Below, one piece after another: positions 1 through 15,989 of a stretch of DNA of 64,000 nt. The notes beneath the pieces were generated by a model. That model was not told the DNA's origin. It ran no database searches and saw only the letters and a list, made by a program, of their open reading frames with translations. Numbering within the stretch: the first letter of the stretch is position 1; the number at the start of each line of letters is the position of its first letter. Position numbers and translations under genes: made by a program. The stretch lies in assembly GCF_009914755.1 (NCBI RefSeq), contig NC_060943.1; one strand, written 5' to 3'. The DNA comes from the human T2T-CHM13v2.0 reference genome, Homo sapiens.

Positions 1-6
1 GGCCAG

Positions 7-770
<764 letters not shown>

Positions 771-913
771 TATTTGTGAAAGCATGCTTCTGTGACAGCA
801 AACTCCTGCCAACCTGGTTTCTGTTTCCTTTCTGCCACCCTGAGACCCTAAAGGGACACAGCCATGCCATCAACACCTCTGGCCTCCCTTGTTGGCCACC
901 AGCCCCCGCTTAC

Positions 914-3900
914 CTCTGCCGCTGCAGGGAGGAGGTCCTCTCGGGGACATAGCTGGCTCCCCCGTGGTGGCTGTCTCCGCCTCCCCCACTGCCTCCTCGG
1001 GCCCAGGGCAGAGCGCCGCCAGCTGCCGAGGAGCCCCCAAACTGCTGAAGCTTGGAGCTGAGTTCACTGATGATGCTGGCTTTTACTGTGGCCAAGGCTG
1101 AGGCCTGAGGCTGGGCCAAGGGCCCGGGCAGAGGTGGTGGCGGTGGGCCCGGGCCCTCCTCCCAGGGCAGCAGCTTCCGGGGCAGAGAGGAGGCCGTCGG
1201 CAAGGGCACCGGTGGGACTTCTGGCTCTACAGCCACCGGACCCCCCGCCACGCCTGCCGTGGGGGGTCCTGAACAAGCACGCAGGGCCAGCAGCCCATCG
1301 GTTCCAGCCCCTGTCACCGAGACGGTGGGGCTGGTGGGGGTAACAGGGTCTCGGAGTCCCCCGCTGGGGCCAGGCCGCAGGCCTCCGCTGGCTCCTAGCG
1401 CCCGGCCCCGGAGCTTAGAGGGAGTCATGAGCTGAGGAGGGTATGGCGGGCCGGGAGTACTGCTGCCCCCAAAGGCCTGGCCGTCCAGGTAGGCCACATA
1501 GGTGTCCAGAAGCTCCGGCCCACTGGCCACACCGGCCCCAGCCCCGCCCCCACCCCCTGCGCTGCCACCACCTTCGGCAGATAGGCTGCTCAGCGTGGAG
1601 GCGCTGCTGATGGTCTCCAGTGGGTGGTCACTGCTGCTCCGACTGTCCACCTCCTCGATGCCAGAATCCGTGCCAGGCGGAGGGTCCGGGCCAGGCTGTG
1701 GGGCAGCGGGAGCCGGTGCTGCTGGGGCAGGCGGGCCTGGTGGATGGGGGTCCCCAGGAGCGGCGGAGGCCCCCTGGGTCAGGGTGGCCACCTCGCTGTC
1801 ATAGGATGTCAGGCTGGATGCGGTGGAGTCCAGGGTGGGAGGGGCTGCGGCCACAGCCGGGGGTGGCACAGGGGGTAACGGGGTGGCAGGGGCAGGTGTG
1901 TCGGGCAGCGGGTGGGGAGGCCCAGGCGTGAGGGGCGACTCTGGCTTTTCGAAGCTGTTGGAGAATTCCAGAGGCGGAGGCAGCGGTTCCACGAAAAGGA
2001 ATTCGCCATCTTCCACATCCACCGAGGGGGCGGGAGGCGGCAGGACCAGCAGGGGCAGCCCGTTCTCTTCGCTGGCCCTCGGGGAGGTCGGGGAGGGGGG
2101 CACGGACCGGCGTGGGCTGGGCGGCGGGACCCCCGGCCCGTCCTCCGAGGGGGGACCCCTTCCGCTCGTCACAGGGGCCCGGGGCTGGCAGTTTTCAAGG
2201 AACCGCACGTGCAGCGGCAGCCGCTCGGGTTCTTCGGGGGCTGCGGACCTCCAGGGCTTGCTTACTCCGGGGTGCGGGGCCGGGGGCTCCGTCCCCAGCT
2301 GCAGCAGGAGGGGCCCCACCCCGGGAGCGGTGGGCGGCAGGCGGTGTAGCAGGGAACGCCGGGCGGCGGGCGGGCTGGCGGGAAGGGACTTCTCCTGGCT
2401 GCCCAGCCCGGCCCTGTACCCCAGCTCCCGGCGCGCAGGGTCCGGCGGGGAGGCCCCCCAGAGACGCAGCACTGGCTCGTGGTGGGCGTGGGGCGAGTGG
2501 TGGTGCGGGGTGGGCGGCGGGGCCTCGTAGCGGGGCGATGGGGGCCTGGGAGGCGGCTGGGGGGCCCCGCCGCCCTCCGAGGACTCCTTCAGCGCTCGCT
2601 CGCGGGCGGCCAGGGCCAGCCCCAGCGGGGAGGCGGGATCCAGGGCCTTGCCGGTCAGCGGGTGCACCAGGGGTCGCGGGGGCAGGAAGCTGGTGAAGGC
2701 GCTGCTGCCCCCGCCACCCCCGTAGGCTCGGCTACCGGCCCCGTAGCCGCCGTAGCCCGCGCCGCTGCCCGCAGACTCCAGTCGGAGGTAGGGCTCGGCG
2801 GAGAACATGCCCTCGTCGATGGATTTGGAGTGGCGCAGCCGCGGGCCCGGGGCCGCCCCTGTGCCCAGCCCGCCGTCCCCGCCGTCCTCGTCCCCCGCGT
2901 CGGTGGACAGGAACAGCGTGGAGCGCCGGCGCGCCTCATTCTGCCAGCCCCCCTCCCTCCGGGCCGCCCCCACCAGGGCGGCCCCGAACTGGCTCGTGAA
3001 GTCCAGCGTGGCCGGGCCGCTGGGCGAGGCGGGGGTGGGCACGGGCGAGGGGGACGGGGGCACGGGTGACATGGCCGGGGCGGGGCTGGGCGAGGAGCCG
3101 CCGCCGCCGCCGCCTCCCGTGGGCTCCGGCTGGGTGGGGGGCTCCGCCTCGGTGCTGCTGCCCTGGCTGCTGCGGCCGCTGCTACTGGTGGACGGGGCCT
3201 TGATGATGATGGTGGGGATGGGGATGGAGTTCTTCTCCGAGGGCGCGGCCACGGCGGGCGGCGGCTGCGGGGAGGCCGGGGACGTGGGCGACGGCGCGGG
3301 CGGGAGGCCGCCGCCCTTCTGGGGCTCGCCTTCCACCTTGGTCTGCTTGACCAGCGGGCCCTTGCGGCCGCGGCCCGAGCGGGCGGGCACGTACATGGCT
3401 GCGCTGGCCGCCCGCGGGGGCAGCTGGAAATAGCGTAGAGCCGGGCCCTGGGAGGAGCCGCCGCCCCCGCCCGCGCTGCCGTGGTGCGATGGGGACGGGG
3501 CCCCCGGGGTCGGGCTGGGCCCGCCGCCCCTCCAGCCTCGCAGGCTGGGCTGGGGCCCCAGAGCCAGGCGGGGTGGAGGGTCGTCGGGAGAGCCGCCTGT
3601 CTCCATCTCGGGAGGATGAGGGGGGTGGGCGTGGTGGTGGTGGGGCTGAGGGGGCGGGGCGTGGTGGTGGTGGTGGTGGGGCGGGTGGTGGTGGGCCGGG
3701 GGCAGGGGCCCACTGTGGTACAGGCTCTTCTCGCGGCTCCCCACGCGAGTGTCGGGAGGGGAGGGCCCGTCAAAGGATGCAGGGGAGGAGGCGGGGAGGG
3801 GGCCACCAGAGCCAGGGTTGAAGGGCCCTCCCCGAGGGGAGGGGGTGAGGCGCCCTGAGGAGGAGGGGACTGGAGGTGTGCTGTAGGGAGGCTCCGGTGG

Positions 3901-4007
3901 GGACGTGGTGGGTGGCGGGGGAATGTCCTCCGAACCAGGCACAGACAGGCTGCGGCTGAATTTCATGGCTGGGGGTGCTAGGTAAGGTCTGTCATCTTCT
4001 GCCGCAC
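914..4007 (-). CDS. SHANK1: SHANK1 exon 23, 3094-nt proline-rich region (poly-His, poly-Gly, Homer ligand PPLEF at 1963-1977)
   Basis: ORF 910..4029; CCCAG|GT acceptor at 4007, GAG|GTAAGC donor at 914. Confidence 0.97.
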
Positions 4008-4266
4008 CTGGGGAGATACAGAGGCTCAAGGAGGGGGACCCTGGCGGGGAGGGTCTCCCTGCTCCACTATCCCATAGAACCGCAACAATACTAATGACAA
4101 GAATGGCACCCCGTATATGCCAGGAACTTCACGTGGACTCGCCCAGCTCTTCCCTATTTGAGGTAAACCCAAATCTGCTTCATACAGAGGTACAGGTTGT
4201 GCACTGCACAACTGCAAACCGCAAGGAAGGTGAGGAAACTGAAATTCAGCAGAACTTCCTCCCCAC

Positions 4267-4287
4267 GCCAGGAGGGGGCGCCATTTT
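4267..4287 (+). promoter_or_regulatory. Candidate CTCF site overlapping a YY1 motif
   Basis: GCCAGGAGGGGGCGCC (CTCF core) running into CGCCATTTT (YY1). Confidence 0.6.
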
Positions 4288-5506
4288 CTAATTCCGTTCA
4301 AAGGCTCAGTGAACGGTTTGGGGCCAGCAAAAGTGGCTGGAGCTGGGAAGGGATAGTCCCCTCGTGTTTATGCATAGATGCGTGTTTCTTTTCACGTATA
4401 TGCGGGAAAGAAATGCAACCAGCACATCAAAGCTGTGATTCTACAGAGAGAACCACTTATGATGAGGCTAAAGTTTAAAAGGGATTGGATCTATAAAAAA
4501 AAAAATCAGGTAAACGATGCGAGCCAGGTGGACCCCACACTCAGTGGGAGTGTAAGACTCACACTGGTGGACTTTGAACGCCAGGAGTTGGGGAAAGCTG
4601 AATCCAATCAGGGAAAAACAACTCCAGGAGGCGTGCAGGAGTTAAGTCTTTGCTTACTTCACTGCCAAGGCTCGGTCTTTGAACCTCTTCTCACCTCTGA
4701 CTACTCCCTCTCAACTAGTGACCAGCTTCATTCACTGCCTTTCTGCTGTCGACGCCCACGTTTATGCCTGGGGCCCCATCCTCCGCCCTGAGCTCTGGGC
4801 CCCTATATTCAAATACCCACACCCAGCTGGCTGTCTCACGGGCATCTCAGACTCCAAACGCTCCAACCCAAGCTCCTGATCTCCTCACCAACAGACTCCT
4901 CCCAGCCCACGGTCCCTCCCCACCACCGCAGCAAACAGCAGCTCTGTCCTTTCAGGTGCTAAGACTGAAAACCTTGCAGTCACTCTTAGCTTTCTTCCTC
5001 AAGTCACCCACATCCAATCCACCAGCAAATCCTGTTGTTTCAAAACATATCCGGAATCCAATCCCTTCTCACCCCTCCAGAGTCAACACCCTGGGCCAGC
5101 CACTATCATTTCCTATCTGGATAGCAATAGCTGTCACCTCCTCTTTGGTCCCCCGGCTTCCCAGCTCATCCCCTTCAATCTAGTCCCTTCACAGCAGCCA
5201 GAGGGTTTCTGTTAAAACCGAAGTCAGCTCATGTCCCTCCTCTGCTTAGAGCCCTGCCATTCACTCACCTCACTCAGGGCAAAGGTTCAAGTCCTCACCA
5301 TGACTCCCCAGACCCTGCAGGATCGGGACCCTGTCCCCCCACTGCCCTCATGTCCAGTGCTCACTTGGCCCCTGCTACACAGGCCTCCTCCCTGTTCTGT
5401 AAACGCACCAGACTCAGCCCGACCTCAGGACCTTTGCAGAGGTAGTTCGCTCTGCCTGGAATGCCTCAACCCCAGGGAGCCTCACGATTCCCCACTTCAT
5501 CTCTAG

Positions 5507-6204
<698 letters not shown>

Positions 6205-6739
6205 CACTCTTTTTTTTGTTTTCCATAGCACGTACAACTGCTAACATACTAGATAATTTTCTTGCTTATTTTCCTTATAATCCATTATCTGTCTTCCCCT
6301 GCTATAAGGCAAGCCCATGAGGGCAGGAACCTTTAGTCTGTTTTATTCGCTGACGTATCCCCATTCTAGAACAATTCCTGGCATGTGGGGAGCGCTTGGT
6401 AAACACTTGTAAAATGAATGAATGGATGGAATCGGGTATAAGAGAAACAACCAGAAAGCTGTAGCGGGGGCTTTAGCTCACTGCATCCCCATTCTCCAGA
6501 TGTAGAGCCAGAGGCCCAGAGAAGTCAAGCCACCTGCCCCAGTTCACACAGCTGGGAAGGAGGGGAGCCAGGATTCATGGCCAAGTTCACCCATTTCCAA
6601 AGCCTGAACTCTTAACCCAATTTGATGAAACTATGGTCTCTCTGGGAGCACAGAACATTTCCAAGTCTGCTTGCTTTTCCTGAACTGTCACGTTCCTGGC
6701 CTCCCCCAGCCCCCACATCTCTTCTTCTGGGTGGCATAC

Positions 6740-6836
6740 CGATAGATTTTTGCCGGAGCATCAACCCAGGTCCTGGAGGCAGGAAAGAAGGACGCTCGTA
6801 ACTTGGCTGGGCACGGTGGTGGGGATCGAAGCTCGA
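6740..6836 (-). CDS. SHANK1: SHANK1 exon 22 (SSFDPHHRAQPSYERPSFLPPGPGLMLRQKSI)
   Basis: Pyrimidine tract then CAAAG|TCG acceptor, TCG|GTATGC donor, 97 nt; bridges the phases of exons 21 and 23. Confidence 0.92.
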
Positions 6837-6985
6837 CTTTGGAGCGGCAGTCAGAGGGGGAGAGAGAGAAAAGATAGAGAGAGATCAGTCAGCGCAGAAA
6901 GGCTTGTGGCTTCACTATACGGCTGCCCCCATTCCTTCCCTAAGCCCCTGCCGTAAGGGAGAGCAGTGTGAAGACGGTGGAAGGA

Positions 6986-7308
6986 GGCCGGGCAACGTGG
7001 CTCACGCCTGTAATCCCAGCACTTTGGGAGGCTGAGGCAGGAGGATCACCTGAGGTCAGGAGTTCAAGACCAGCCTGGCCAACATGGCAAAACCTCGTCT
7101 CTCTACTAAAAATACAAAAATTAGCCAGGCATGGTGGCAGGCGCCTGTAATCCCAGCTACTCGGGAGGCTGAGGCTTGAGAATCACTTGAACCCATGAGG
7201 TGGAGAGGTGGAGGCTACAGTGAGCCAAGATCACACCACTGCACTCCAGCCTGGGCGACAGAGCCAGACTCTGTCTCAAAAAAAAAAAAAAAAAAAAAAA
7301 AAGAAAAG
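6986..7308 (+). mobile_element. Alu (S-like)
   Basis: Full-length Alu with A-tail. Confidence 0.93.
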
Positions 7309-8536
7309 AAGGCGAAAGGGAATTCTGCGGGAATGAAAAGCCTCAAGTCTGGGCAGGAAGGAGAAAGAAAGGAGAAGAAAGCAGATTTTCCATCGACTCT
7401 TGATCTGCTTCCTTCCTCCAGCCACTGCCCACATCCAGGTCCCCACCAGTGTTCTCCGGGATGGAGCAGCCTCTTCCCTCATCTCCCTGCTGCCATCCTT
7501 GATCCCCCACCCTGTTCCAGTCTGTTTTCCACACAAGAGTCAGAGGCATCTTTCAAAAAGCATGCTATTGCCCCTGCTTGAAATCCCATGTCAGTTAGGA
7601 GGAGATCAGAGGGGACCAAACTCCCAACTCTGGTCTACAAGACCCTCTATGGCAGGCACTGCTGGTGCCCCTGCAGCTGCCCTCCCCCTGGATGCAGCAT
7701 CCCATCCCTCACCCACTGCTGGGAGGGTCACCTGCCTGCAGCCCTTAAGAATCACCCTCCTTCAGAGTCCTGGACTCGCCCAGTCCGTTATGTGTCCCTG
7801 CTTCCTGGAGCAGCCCACAGCCCACGATGGACGGATACGGAGGCCCGAGGCAGCACTAAAGCCGGGGTGCCCAGCCTGACCCCATGGGTTCCCACTCCAG
7901 CGTGAACCGTGTCTGCTTGACTTCCTTCCACAACCCCAGCCAGTCTCCCACACTCCCTGAAGGTTCCCCCGTAGCAAACCCTTGGTACAGGAATCCCCAC
8001 CTCCGGCTCCCGTTCTAGGGAAGCCCACACGAAGACAGGTCCTGCAGGCGGGACCCAGCCCTGCCCCCATTTCCCACTTGCTCCCTTGGTCCACCTCCAC
8101 CCCCACCTCTTCCTTCTCCTCTGTCAGCCCCAGGTCTACCCTCATTGGAGAACACCTGCGAGCCCTGGTTCTCTCGGCAACAGCTTTCCCTCTTATTGTC
8201 ACAGTTCCTTTTCAGCGCGAAGTTCTCCTCGGCGAGACCTTCCCCGGCCCCCTACCCAGACTGCACTTCCCTCTGTCCCATTTTCTTCACAGCATCTCTC
8301 TTCCCCAGAAACCATCTTGTTTACTTGCTGTCTGTTTCCTCCACTAGCCTAGAAACTCCCTGAAGGCGGGGCTGATGTATCCCAGGCATCGCACCTACAG
8401 TGTCTAGGGCCCATGATGCTTTTAGGGGAAGTGTTTTCATTTCTTTTCAAAGTAGAAGTGAAAGAAAAAAAGAAAAGAGAAAATTGTACCCTGGATAATA
8501 TCGGTCTTTGCAGCAACAAAGTCATAAAATTTAAAC

Positions 8537-8816
8537 TTTTTTTTTTTTTTTTGAGACAGGGCTGGAGTGCAGTGGCGTTAACACGGCTCACTGCAGCCTT
8601 GGCCTCCCGGGCCCAAGCGATCCCAACCCCAACCTTCTGAGTAGCTGGGACTATAGGCAGGCACAATCACATCCAGTTAATTTTTAAATTTTTTTGCAGA
8701 GGCGAGTTCTTGCTATGTTGCCCAGGCTCATCTCAAATTCCTGGGCTCCAGCGATCCTCCCACTTTGGCCTCCCCAAAAGTTCTCAGATTACAGGCATGA
8801 GCCACCGTGTTGGCCT
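8537..8816 (-). mobile_element. Alu (J-like)
   Basis: Diverged reverse Alu. Confidence 0.88.
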
Positions 8817-9377
8817 ATTTTTTTTTTTTTTAATGCAGAAGGGCAAAAGTGCCTAAGGTTCATGGAAGTCATTATGAAACCTGCCTGAGGGTAGGGTAGT
8901 GACTTTATCAGTCTCCTTTCCTACTGAGTCCCCGGTCCCCGCATAGGGCCTGCTGTTCTACAAGCAAGTGTTAGATGAGTAACAGGGAGAATCAGCCAAG
9001 GTCAGGCACTTCGGGGCCCTGACTCCCCAGCTTCTGCCAGGTCACCCCATGTGTCTCCCTTCTCCATCTTTGAGACCAGAAGTGCAGAGAAAGGGAGCCC
9101 TCTCGGAATGAAGTTCGCACCTTTGGGATGAACCCTTACTTCCTGCACTTCCCACTATACCCCCTCCTGCCTCTTTCCTCCAGCCATTCACAACCATTCC
9201 CAGTTCCCTCGCTTCTCACTTCCGAGACTCTGCATGGAGCATCCTTTCCCTGGGCTCTGGGCTCTGCTTGGGAAAGCTCTGTTATCTTAGCCCTCCACCC
9301 TGGCCCGGCTACCCGCTTCCTTTAGGCCTGCAGTGCCCCCCTAGAGCAGCCACTAGCCATTCAACTGTACATTTCAG

Positions 9378-9960
<583 letters not shown>

Positions 9961-10442
9961 GAAACAGACCAACCAAAAAGACAAGTGTAAATTTCAATTA
10001 ATTAAAATTAATTTGTAAAATTCAATTTCTCTGTTGCACTGGCCACATTTGAAGTATTCAACAGTTACCTGTGGCTGGTGGCTACCAAATTGGACAGTAT
10101 AGATATGGAACATTTCATCATCACAGAGAGCTCTATTGGTTCTAGTCCAGAGTTTCCTGGGGTCTGTATTACATGCCTCTCACTACACTTCCCTTCCTGA
10201 ATTGGGACTGTCTGTTTCTATGTTTGTCTCATTGATTCATTCATTCCAGAAATATTTATTGAGGACTTCCTTTATGCCAGGGACTGTGACAGATACTGCA
10301 GATACGACAAATTAGACAAATGTCCCAGCCCACAGGAAGGGCAAGCAGGCCATAAACAGCATAAATTCGTAAAATATAACATTGGTCAGATGGAGGTAAG
10401 AGGGAGGAGAGAGGGAGAATGTAATTTAAAATATGGGCTGGT

Positions 10443-11071
<629 letters not shown>

Positions 11072-11429
11072 TTATTTGAGCAAACTCCTGGAGGAGGTGA
11101 AGGAGGGGGCATAATGATGTGTAGAGGAACAGTGTTCCAGGCAGGTGGAACAGCAGGTGCAAAGGCCCTGAGGTGAGGGTGAGCCAGGCAGGCTCAGGAG
11201 GAATAGGAAGGAGGCCAGGAGCTGAAGGGTAGGAGTTGAGGTTAGACAGGTGATAGAAGGGTGGGAGTGGGTAGGACCTGCAAGTTTCAGGTTTCTTTCA
11301 GATTTCGGCTCCAAGGTCTCCTCTCTGGAGAGGCTTCCTCCTGTTACTCTGTCATAACTCCCTTAACTGATGACAGTTTGGAGTCATCATCATTATTTGC
11401 TTGCTTGTTTACTGTCTGTCTCCCTAGGC

Positions 11430-12255
<826 letters not shown>

Positions 12256-13464
12256 TCCTCTTTCAAATGTAAATTCTCTAAAGGAAGTTACTTTGTTTGA
12301 CTGATTCACTCTTATACCTTGAGAGCCCAGCAGCAGGTCCAGGATATAGTAGGTGCTCAATAAATATTTGTAGAAGGAAGAACTCATTGGAAGCAATACA
12401 AGACACCCTGACAAGATGTGGCGAGCAACTCCAGGGCAAAACCCCAGCCTGTTTCTCTGAACATCCCCATCAAACAGCACAGGGCCAGCTCCAAGCAGGC
12501 TTCAGGAGGTGTCGCCTGAAGGCATCCCTGCTTTGACGGATTTCCTGCCATGCTGCTCTTCTCTAAGCGCTTCTCAGCCTGCTCAATCCTTCTCCACTTT
12601 GCTGAATGTTTTTCTGACCCCCTCCCCCACCTCCTTCAGCCACAGACCAATACTCTGCTTGGCTTTCTGTCCCGTCCTGCAGCTGTGTGGTATCAGAGAG
12701 CAGAACCTTGCAAAAGATAAAGGCAGTAGAGAAGTGGCAAGTGGAAGGAGACACTCTTGTGTGAGCCATTGTACCTGCTATTTTTCATATGTGTCCTCAC
12801 TGGATCCTCACACCTGTGAGTTAGGGTGGATTATACCCATTTGGATGATAATGAAAGAGGCCGTGGATCAGAGAGAAAAGGGCCTTATCCTAGACCAGCC
12901 AGCGAGTAAGGAGGAGATTCAAGATGCATCGGAGAAAAGAGGTCAGAGTGGCTCAAAAACCCTGAGATAAAATGGGAGGGGTACGAAGAGCCAGGAGAAG
13001 GGGGTGTGACCAGTCAGGAAGCACACGGGGACTGCTGAGGGGCAGGGCTGGAGAAGACAGCAAGAACAGAGTCCAGGCAGGAGAGGACAGCTGGGAGGAG
13101 GGGAGGAAGGCAAGGGAAACACCTGCATGGGGCACGGGGGCAGGTGGTGGGGGCCAGAGGGAGAGGCGAGGGTCAGGTGACAGGTGAGGGTGAAGGTGAT
13201 GAGGCAGGGATCCGAGTGACAGTGGAGGGGTTGATGTGACAGTGGAAGGGTCAGAATGACAGGGAAGGGACCAGGGTGATGGGGGAGAGGTCAGGATGAC
13301 AGGGAAGGGTCAGGGGGACAGTGGAGAGGTCAATGTGACAGAGAAGGGGTCAGGTGACAGAGTAGGAGTCAGAGTGATGGGGAAGGGTGAGGGTGACAGG
13401 GTGGGGGTCAGGGTGAGAGAAGAGGTAAAAGAGAGACAGTGGAGGAGTCAAAGGGAAAACGGAG

Positions 13465-14125
13465 GGGTCAGGGTGATGGGGAAAGGTCAGGGTGATGGGG
13501 AGGGGTCAGGGTGATGGGGAAAGGTCAGGGTGATGGGGAGGGGTCAGGGTGTGGGGAGGGGTCAAGATGATGGGGAGGGGTCAGGGTGATGGGGAGGGGT
13601 CAGGGTGTGGGGAGGGGTCAGGGTGATGGGAAGGGGTCAGGGTTACAAGCATTACAGGTAAGGGGTGAGGGTGATGGGGGGGTGTCAGTGTGATGGAGAG
13701 GGGTCAGTGTGATGGAGAGGGGTCAGTGTGATGGAGAGGGGTCAGTGTGATGGAGAGGGGTCAGGGTGATGGGGAGGGGTCAAGATGATGGGGAGGGGTC
13801 AGGGTGATGGGGAGGGGTCAGGGTGATGGGGAGGGGTCAAGATGATGGGGAGGGGTCAGGGTGATGGGGAGGGGTCAGGGTGATGGGGAGGGGTCAGGGT
13901 GATGGGGAGGGGTCAAGATGATGGGGAGGGGTCAGGGTGATGGGGAGGGGTCAGGGTGATGGGGAGGGGTCAGGGTGATGGGGAGGGGTCAGGGTGTGGG
14001 GAGGGGTCAGGGTGATGGGGAGGGGTCAGGGTTACAAGCATTACAGGTAAGGGGTGAGGGTGATGGGGGGGTGTCAGTGTGACGGGGAGGGGTCAGGGTT
14101 ACAGGCAAGGGGTCAGGGTGACGGG
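13465..14125. repeat. 19-bp G-rich minisatellite (GGGTGATGGGGAGGGGTCA)n, roughly 30 units, degenerate flank from ~13170
   Basis: Tandem units read directly. Confidence 0.95.
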
Positions 14126-14425
14126 AGAGGGCTTAGAGTGGCAGGGAACTGGTTAGAGTGAGGGGGAGGGGTGTCCCCGACAGAGGAGGGTGCAGAGTGA
14201 CAGACGCCTCGTCAGATTTGCAAGCTGACAAAAGACACTTCAGCACCATGTGGAAGAAGAAGGGACAAAAATGGGTTAGCTTGACATAAGAAGGGTCAGG
14301 GTGACAGGAGAGATGTCAGACTGACGGAGGAACCATAACAATCTGATGGGGCATCGCACTGACTCCCCAGGGAGCACCTGAACTCCACCAACCAACGGGA
14401 GCATTCGCTCCCGCGCAGAAGGGAC

Positions 14426-14496
14426 AGCCAATCAGAGTGCGCAGCCTTGCATGACGTCACTGGCTGCCGGGCAGACTCCCCTTCAGTCCGCCGCCC
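14426..14496. promoter_or_regulatory. CCAAT box + full CRE + GC box cluster in SHANK1 intron 21
   Basis: AGCCAATCAG 14426-14435, TGACGTCA 14452-14459, CCGCCC 14491-14496, local CpG enrichment. Confidence 0.6.
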
Positions 14497-14635
14497 AAAG
14501 GCCCAGTTCTCCGTCACCTCGTGGTCTGGCGCCTCAGTGGCAGCGCATGTCCTGCCGCTGACCAGTGGCTGGGGAACTCCTGCTAAGGAGGCAGCCCTGA
14601 GAGGGGATAGGGGAGAGAATGGACGGGGAGACAAC

Positions 14636-15130
14636 TGAAGAGACAGAGATGGGGGGACAGAGATAGACAGAGACAGAGAGAGGGAGACAAGGAGACACAG
14701 AGACAGACGTAGAGAGACAGAAAAAGAGAGACAGAGATAGAGAGACAGAGACAGACAGACAAAGGCAAAGATGGGGAGAGAGACAGAGATGGAGAGACAG
14801 AGACAGAGACAAAGTTAGAGATAGGGAGACAGAGATAGAGAGACAGAGAGACAAAGGCAGAGATGGGGAGATAGAGATGGAGAGACAGAGAGACAATGGC
14901 AGAGATGAGGAGACAGAGATAGAGAGACAAGGAGAGAGCTAGGGAGACAAGGAGACACAGAGACAGAGATGGAGAGACAGAGACAAAGAGACAAAGACAG
15001 ATGGGGGAGAGAGGGAGGTGGGGAAACAGGGAGGGATGGGAAGAGAAAGATAGGGAGAGTGAGAGAGGCGAAGAGCGACAGACAGAGATGGGGCCTAGAA
15101 GGGGGAGAGACAAGGACTGAGAGATGAGAG
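14636..15130. repeat. GA-rich low-complexity tract ((GAGACA)n-like)
   Basis: Strongly purine-biased repeat on the plus strand. Confidence 0.92.
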
Positions 15131-15509
15131 GGGAAATGAGAGGGCGATGGGAAGCATGGGAAGCAGGAAGAGCCCAGAGAGGAAGGAGGGAGGGCAGCTC
15201 TGACTCAGAGAGGGCCTGCGCAGCCCCAGGAGGGAACCCCAGAAGTGGGGAGTGCAACTGAGAGGGAGCAATGACGTCTCAGACTGAGAGATGAGGGGGC
15301 ACGAGGGAGCCCTCGGGCATCAGTGGCGGGTGACAAAGACAGTACCAGAGAAAGCCAAAGCCATACCGAGGGGCGGATGGACAGCAGAGCCCTAGGAGGA
15401 GACAGCCCAAGAGGTGCCCTGACCTAGGGTGGATCTGCTGGGCTCCGCGCCCCTGCTGTCCCTACCTCCTCTAGGTTATATGCAAAAGTGCATCTTTGGA
15501 GAGGGTTGA

Positions 15510-15989
<480 letters not shown>

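Noticed and set aside
2655-3806. 383-codon alternative-frame ORF in exon 23 and many antisense ORFs over it
   Set aside because: GTG start and low-complexity product; long open frames are expected in very GC-rich coding DNA
14534-15257. Leu/Ser/Cys-rich ORFs
   Set aside because: Products of the (TC/TG) low-complexity repeat
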